Positions 59,704-64,000 of a DNA stretch of 64,000 bases are shown here, piece after piece. Made by a program: the position numbers and the translations under genes. This DNA comes from an uncultured Candidatus Rokubacteria bacterium (GTDB lineage Bacteria; Methylomirabilota; Methylomirabilia; Rokubacteriales; DASRDR01). The notes below the pieces were generated by a model that was given only the letters and a program-made list of their open reading frames with translations, searched no databases and was not told where the DNA came from. How positions within the stretch are numbered: position 1 is the first letter of the stretch; every line of letters begins with the position of its first letter. The stretch is taken from positions 192,001 through 256,000 of the forward strand of contig CAVPSB010000019.1 in NCBI GenBank assembly GCA_963708025.1, read 5' to 3'.

Positions 59704-60644
59704 CGATCCAGTTCGGCTGGTCGCTGCAGGGCCGGGGTCTCCTGGCCGGCCGGGAGGCCATCACCACGCTGGCGAAGCGGGCCGACGCCCTCGGCTACGA
59801 CTCGGTCTGGGTCACCGACCGCCTGGTCATCCCGACCGCGGGCACGACCGCGTACCCGTACTCGGCCACCGGCGGTTTCCCCATCGGCCCCGACGAGCCC
59901 TGGCTCGAGGCGCTGACCGCCGTGACCTACCTGGCCACGGTCACCGAGCGCATCCGGGTGGGGACGAGCGTGCTGGTGATTCCCTACCGGAACCCGATCC
60001 ACACCGCGCGGGCGCTGGCCACGGCGGACTACCTCTCCGGCGGCCGCGTGATCCTCGGCGCCGGCATCGGCTGGTGGCGCGAGGAGTTCGCGGCGGTCGG
60101 CGCGTCCTTCGAGGATCGGGCCGCGCGGACGGTCGAGGCACTCCGGCTGATGAAGCGGATCTGGACCGAGCCCCGGGTGACCGTGGCCGGCGCCGGGGAG
60201 GTGGGCGGCCTCCGACCCCAGCCGGTCCAGCGGCCGCACCTGCCGATCTGGATCGGCGGCCACAGCGACGCGGCGCTCCGGCGGGTGGTGGCGGTGGCCG
60301 ACGGCTGGCACCCGCTGGGTCTCCGGCCGCCGGTCGCGCTGCACCCGCCAGAGCTGGCCGCGCGGGTACGCCGGCTCGGCGAGCTGGCCGTCGCGGCCGG
60401 CCGCGATCCGGCGTCGATCACGGTCGCCTTCAAGGCCCCGGTCCGGTTCGACGACACCGCCGGCCCGGGCCGCTCCCCGCTGGCCGGGTCGCCGGCCCGG
60501 ATCGTGGAAGACCTCGAGGCGTACGTGGCGGCCGGCGTCCGGCACTTCGTGCTCGACTTCTCGGTGACGACGCTCCCCGAGATGCTCGGCGTGCTCGATC
60601 GCTTCGCCGAGGACGTTCGACCCCGTCTCGTGGGCTCACGGTGA
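59700..60644 (+). CDS. LLM-class (possibly F420-dependent) oxidoreductase
   Basis: LGYDSVWVTD, TERIRVGTSVLVIPYRNP, LSGGR, PIWIGGHS, ADGWHP. Confidence 0.9.
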   Translation: MTIQFGWSLQGRGLLAGREAITTLAKRADALGYDSVWVTDRLVIPTAGTTAYPYSATGGFPIGPDEPWLEALTAVTYLATVTERIRVGTSVLVIPYRNPIHTARALATADYLSGGRVILGAGIGWWREEFAAVGASFEDRAARTVEALRLMKRIWTEPRVTVAGAGEVGGLRPQPVQRPHLPIWIGGHSDAALRRVVAVADGWHPLGLRPPVALHPPELAARVRRLGELAVAAGRDPASITVAFKAPVRFDDTAGPGRSPLAGSPARIVEDLEAYVAAGVRHFVLDFSVTTLPEMLGVLDRFAEDVRPRLVGSR

Positions 60645-60680
60645 GAGCGCCAGAGGCCGACGGCGGCTCAGCGGCGCCCG

Positions 60681-60763
60681 GGGGTCAGGCCTTTCATTCT
60701 TTACATTCCTTGCGCGGTCCCGGCGGGGAGCCGGAGACTGTCACGAATGAAAGGCCCGACCCC
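60681..60763. repeat. 83-bp REP/MITE-like element, family A short form (copy 1)
   Basis: GGGGTCAGGCCTTTCATTC..GAATGAAAGGCCCGACCCC. Confidence 0.9.
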
Positions 60764-61392
60764 ACGCCGGGGCGATAGCCGGCCGCGATCGCGGCGACGC
60801 TGGAGCGCGGGGTGAGGACCGTGACGATCGCCTCACCGGGGCAGTCCCGGGGCGGTCCATATCCAGCGGGTGACCAGGGCCGGAGGGTGCCCTGCCACAC
60901 CAGGAGTGGATCGGCGGCGCCGGGCAGCGCGACGATCACGCCGTCCGGCAGCGTGCCGAGCGTGGCGCGGAACGTGTGCTGCCGGCCGTCGGAGCCGAGC
61001 CGATCCCGGTGGAGCTCCCGGTCGATGGCGGCGATCGGAGCGCCGGGATGGAGACCCCGATCGGGGTTCCCGGTGAGCCAGGCGGCCTTGAACCGGCGGT
61101 AGTCGGCCCGGCGGCACTCGCCGCACGGGCGGTGTCCAGCGGCCAGCGCGGTGGCCTCGTCCAGGAAGAAGAGCTCGGTGTACCGCCCGGGCGTCATCAC
61201 GGCCCGCCGGCGCCCGCGGAAATCCAGCCGACACGTCACCCAGGCGCGATAGCCGGCGGCGACCCGGCGGACGATGCGGCGGGACGCATCGTGGAGCCGC
61301 CCCCGGTTCCCCATGAGCGTGCCGCGGGTGGAGACGGCGAGAAGGTCCCCGAAGGGGTCCCCGCGGTTCTGCAGCGGGGTCAGGCCTTTCAT
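60694..61392 (-). CDS. Conserved hypothetical protein with an Ada-like metal-binding motif; both termini lie inside family A repeats
   Basis: PLQNR, MGNRG, WVTC, YTELFFLDEATALAAGHRPCGECRR, VLTP. Confidence 0.8.
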   Translation of the reverse strand: MKGLTPLQNRGDPFGDLLAVSTRGTLMGNRGRLHDASRRIVRRVAAGYRAWVTCRLDFRGRRRAVMTPGRYTELFFLDEATALAAGHRPCGECRRADYRRFKAAWLTGNPDRGLHPGAPIAAIDRELHRDRLGSDGRQHTFRATLGTLPDGVIVALPGAADPLLVWQGTLRPWSPAGYGPPRDCPGEAIVTVLTPRSSVAAIAAGYRPGVGSGLSFVTVSGSPPGPRKECKE

Positions 61393-61458
61393 TCTTTACA
61401 TTTCTTGCGCGGTCCCGGCGGGGAGCCGAAGACTGTTAAGAATGAAAGGCCTGACCCC
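61376..61458. repeat. 83-bp REP/MITE-like element, family A short form (copy 2)
   Basis: 78/83 identical to 60681-60763, same orientation. Confidence 0.9.
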
Positions 61459-61460
61459 AC

Positions 61461-62198
61461 TTACCAGATCTCGGCGGGGATCGGGAGGCTCCGGAGGTCG
61501 GCCTCGGTGAGCGGCGCGTTTGGCGTGATGCCCACGCCGCCGAGGAGGGCGTGGATCTGGCGGACGTGCTGGGCGGCGTGCCAGGTCGTGCGCTCCAGCA
61601 GGTCGTGCCCGCTCTGCGGGCCGTAGTAGGTCTCGACGAGGCCCTCCCACGCCCCGGGCCGGGCGAACCACTCGGCGAGTCGGCGGCGGACCGTCTTGCC
61701 GTAGGCCGCCACGGCGGGTCCGTCGGCCACCTCGGGCGGCGCCGCCTCGTCGAGCCACGCCTTCGGCAGGCGCCGCGCCGCCATGGCCTCGGGGAAGGCG
61801 AGCGCCAGCCGGAACACGTGGTAGCCGAGCTGCCGGATCGAGCGGTCACGGCCCGGGTGGGCCAGCTCCAAGTGCTCGGGCGGGACCTGGCGCATCGCCT
61901 GCGCGGCCAGGTCGAGGATCCGATCCAGGCGCCGGGCCAGCTCCGGCGGCGCCAGGCGGTCCGCCGCCTCGTACGGCATCCCGACCAGCGCCGCGAGCGC
62001 CTTCGGGTTCCAGCCATGGACAACGCGATCGCCAATGACGGTCGCCGGCGGCCCCGGTACGCCGAGACGGGCCAGCTCCGCGCGCGCCGCGGGCCGCGCC
62101 TCGACGTCGATCGCCTCGAACGGCACGTTCCACGACGCGAGCAACTCTCGCGTCTTGGCGCAGGAGCTTCAGCCGGGGCGGAGGTACACGGTGACCAT
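61461..62198 (-). CDS. Probable selenoprotein: glutaredoxin-like (UxxC) + DinB-like domain fusion
   Basis: GAGGTG RBS, ATG 62198, MVTVYLRPG-TGA-SSCAKTRELL in frame with ORF 61461..62144; Grx VPGPPATVIG; DinB-like RSIRQLGYH and WHAAQHVRQ. Confidence 0.85.
62130..62158 (-). promoter_or_regulatory. Bacterial SECIS-like hairpin
   Basis: mRNA: UGA-N10-CCA-A-GACGCGAG-[AGUUG]-CUCGCGUC-G-UGG. Confidence 0.7.
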
Positions 62199-62261
62199 GC
62201 GCTTCACCTCTTCCGGTTCAGTGGGCGGGGCCGATGAGCGTCGCAATCTTCATCTCGGTCG

Positions 62262-62420
62262 TGACGCGCTCGGCCTACGGCCTCGCGTCCGTCCCGACCT
62301 CTGGTCGTCGTTCGGACGGCCCTCGGCCTTTGGGGTCGTCGCCGATCCTCGGCGTACTCGGAGTACGCCTGCGGTCGGCGACTCCCTGCGTCCTAGCGCT
62401 GCTCGCTCCTCGACCCCGCC
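62262..62420. repeat. Family D composite palindromic repeat (copy 2)
   Basis: GACGCGCTCGGCCTACGGCCTCGCGTCCGTCCCG and CCTCGGCGTACT-CGG-AGTACGCC. Confidence 0.7.
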
Positions 62421-62471
62421 CCGAGAACTTGACTCACCTTGACTGGAGTCTAGACCAGGCTAGCGCCGAGC

Positions 62472-63092
62472 TCAACGCGTTGCGCGGCGGCGGGCGCACT
62501 TGGGTCGCCGGCGCGGGGGGATCGAGGCCTCCCCGACGGGGGCGGTCGCGCCGGACGCGGTTTCCCACGCCGCCGGGTCCTGGCGGAAGTAGTCGCTCAG
62601 GATGTCGTACAGCGCCCGGTGGCTCCGGCGGAGCGCGACGGGGATCCCGAAGAAGGCCTCGGCGGCGACGGCGAGGAACTCGACCCGGTTCGTCAGCGCG
62701 TACGGGCTGAGGACCGACTGCCCGCGCAGCAAACGCTTCTCCTCGCGCGGCCACAGTCGGTCCCAGGCCGCCCTCCGGGCCGAGCCAAAGCCGACCGGGA
62801 TCCCGTCCGCCTCGCCGTCCCCCATGTCCAGGAGGTGCGTGAACTCGTGGATCCCCACGTGGTAGCCGCCGGCGCGATTCTCGAAGCTCGCCTGAAGGCT
62901 CGGCGCCGACATCACCACGATGCCCCACGGGTGAGCCTGTCCCGCCAGCTCGGGGGCGTCGAAGCCGTACTCCTCGTCGAAGTCCTTCGGGTAGAGGAGG
63001 ACTTCCGACAGGCGGGTCCACGCGGACCCCGGCCAGCCCGCCGTGAGGGTCACGGCCGACGCGGCGACCAGAACCCGCAGCTCCTCGGTCAC
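62472..63092 (-). CDS. MtfA/M90-like zinc-dependent peptidase, apparently N-terminally truncated
   Basis: EVLLYP, LAGQA, VGIHEFTHLLD, DGIP, YALTNRVEFLAVAAEAFF. Confidence 0.8.
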   Translation of the reverse strand: MTEELRVLVAASAVTLTAGWPGSAWTRLSEVLLYPKDFDEEYGFDAPELAGQAHPWGIVVMSAPSLQASFENRAGGYHVGIHEFTHLLDMGDGEADGIPVGFGSARRAAWDRLWPREEKRLLRGQSVLSPYALTNRVEFLAVAAEAFFGIPVALRRSHRALYDILSDYFRQDPAAWETASGATAPVGEASIPPRRRPKCARRRATR

Positions 63093-63166
63093 GTCGATCT
63101 CGATCCCCCCCGGACGAGGTCGGGGAAGAGGTTTTGCGAAATGGGCGCCGCTCCCGGATGGGAGGG

Positions 63167-64000
63167 TCAGGCGCCGAGGGCGGGGACGGCAGCGAGCTGG
63201 CGGTGGACGAGGCGGGCGTAGAGGCCGCCGCGCTCCAGGAGCTCGGCGTGGCGGCCGATCTCCGCCACCCGGCCCTCGTCCAGCACCACGATCCGGTCGG
63301 CGTCGCGGACGGTCGACAGCCGGTGGGCGATCACGAGCGTCGTCCGCCCGCGGGAGAGCCGGTCCAGCGCGTCGTGCACCGCCTGCTCGTTGACCGCGTC
63401 GAGGTGCGAGGTGGCCTCGTCGAGCAGCAGCACCGGCGCGTCCTTGAGGAAGGCCCGGGCGATCGCCACCCGCTGGCGCTGGCCGCCCGAGAGCTGGGCA
63501 CCCCGCTCGCCCACCAGGGTGTCGAGGCCGTCGGGCAGCGAGGCCACCAGCTCGCCGAGCGCGGCCTGCTCGACGGCCGCCTGGAGGTCCGCCGGCGTGG
63601 CGTCGGGCCGGGCCAGCAGCACGTTGGCCCGCAGCGTGTCGTTGAAGAGGTAGGTGTCCTGGGCGACGAGCGCGATCCGGCGGCGGAGGTCGTCGAGCCG
63701 GTACTCGCGGAGGTCGTGGCCGAGGAGCCGCAGGCTCCCCGCGTCGGGGTCCCAGAAGCGGAGGAGCAGGTGGGCGACCGTCGTCTTCCCCGCGCCCGAG
63801 GGGCCCACCAGCGCGATCCGGCTGCCGCGGGTGACCCCGAACGAGACGCCGGCCAGGGCCGGCCGCCGCCGGCCGGGGTAAGTGAAGGTGACCTCGGCCA
63901 GCTCGAGGGCGAGCGGCGAGCGCGGCGCGCTGGCGGGCACCCCGGGGCCATCCCGGACGGGCACCGGCTCCGCGTGCACCACGTGGAGCCGCCGGGTGGC
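63167..64000 (-). CDS. ABC exporter, C-terminal ATPase domain (partial; continues beyond the window)
   Basis: VGPSGAGKTT, VAQD, LSGGQRQR, LLLDEATSHLD, IAHRLST. Confidence 0.93.
   Translation of the reverse strand, partial: ATRRLHVVHAEPVPVRDGPGVPASAPRSPLALELAEVTFTYPGRRRPALAGVSFGVTRGSRIALVGPSGAGKTTVAHLLLRFWDPDAGSLRLLGHDLREYRLDDLRRRIALVAQDTYLFNDTLRANVLLARPDATPADLQAAVEQAALGELVASLPDGLDTLVGERGAQLSGGQRQRVAIARAFLKDAPVLLLDEATSHLDAVNEQAVHDALDRLSRGRTTLVIAHRLSTVRDADRIVVLDEGRVAEIGRHAELLERGGLYARLVHRQLAAVPALGA

Noticed and set aside
60681-61458. Family A repeats as integron attC sites or IS ends
   Set aside because: No RYYYAAC/GTTRRRY core sites, no integrase or transposase in the window, and no clear target-site duplication.

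Overview
Very GC-rich bacterial chromosomal segment of mostly transport and catabolic genes. The gene content and intergenic palindromes suggest Rokubacteria/Methylomirabilota, but this is inference only. Scattered single-base frameshifts, with two very error-dense blocks (~16.9-19.2 kb and ~24.5-29.7 kb), suggest a long-read consensus. Contents in order: rhodanese and flavin reductase; peptide ABC set plus D-amino acid dehydrogenase; Liv-type ABC transporter followed by a nicotinate-catabolism-like cluster (NdhF, fused NdhS-L-M molybdoenzyme, enamidase, DUF1185 protein, LLM enzyme) interrupted by glgP; PagL-like barrel, Mrp, Lon-N and PDZ proteins; amidase and TRAP transporter; PfpI, MFS-spermidine synthase-TPR, 2-hydroxyacid dehydrogenase, Lrp domain, MmgE/PrpD, HelY-like helicase; a metallothionein-like ORF, LemA, YdjC; TctBAC, TIM-barrel isomerase, FAD/Fe-S oxidoreductase, TSUP; vapBC; a second peptide ABC set, PPOX, sugar ABC, LLM; and a minus-strand end block. 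Highlights: (1) a glutaredoxin-DinB fusion with an in-frame UGA in a UxxC motif followed by a SECIS-like hairpin (probable selenoprotein); (2) the adjacent gene is bracketed by two 83-bp REP/MITE-like direct repeats that supply its start and stop codons; (3) at least five families of palindromic repeats, some with covarying stems, some donating a Shine-Dalgarno sequence or terminal peptides to host genes. No rRNA, tRNA, CRISPR array or transposase was recognised.
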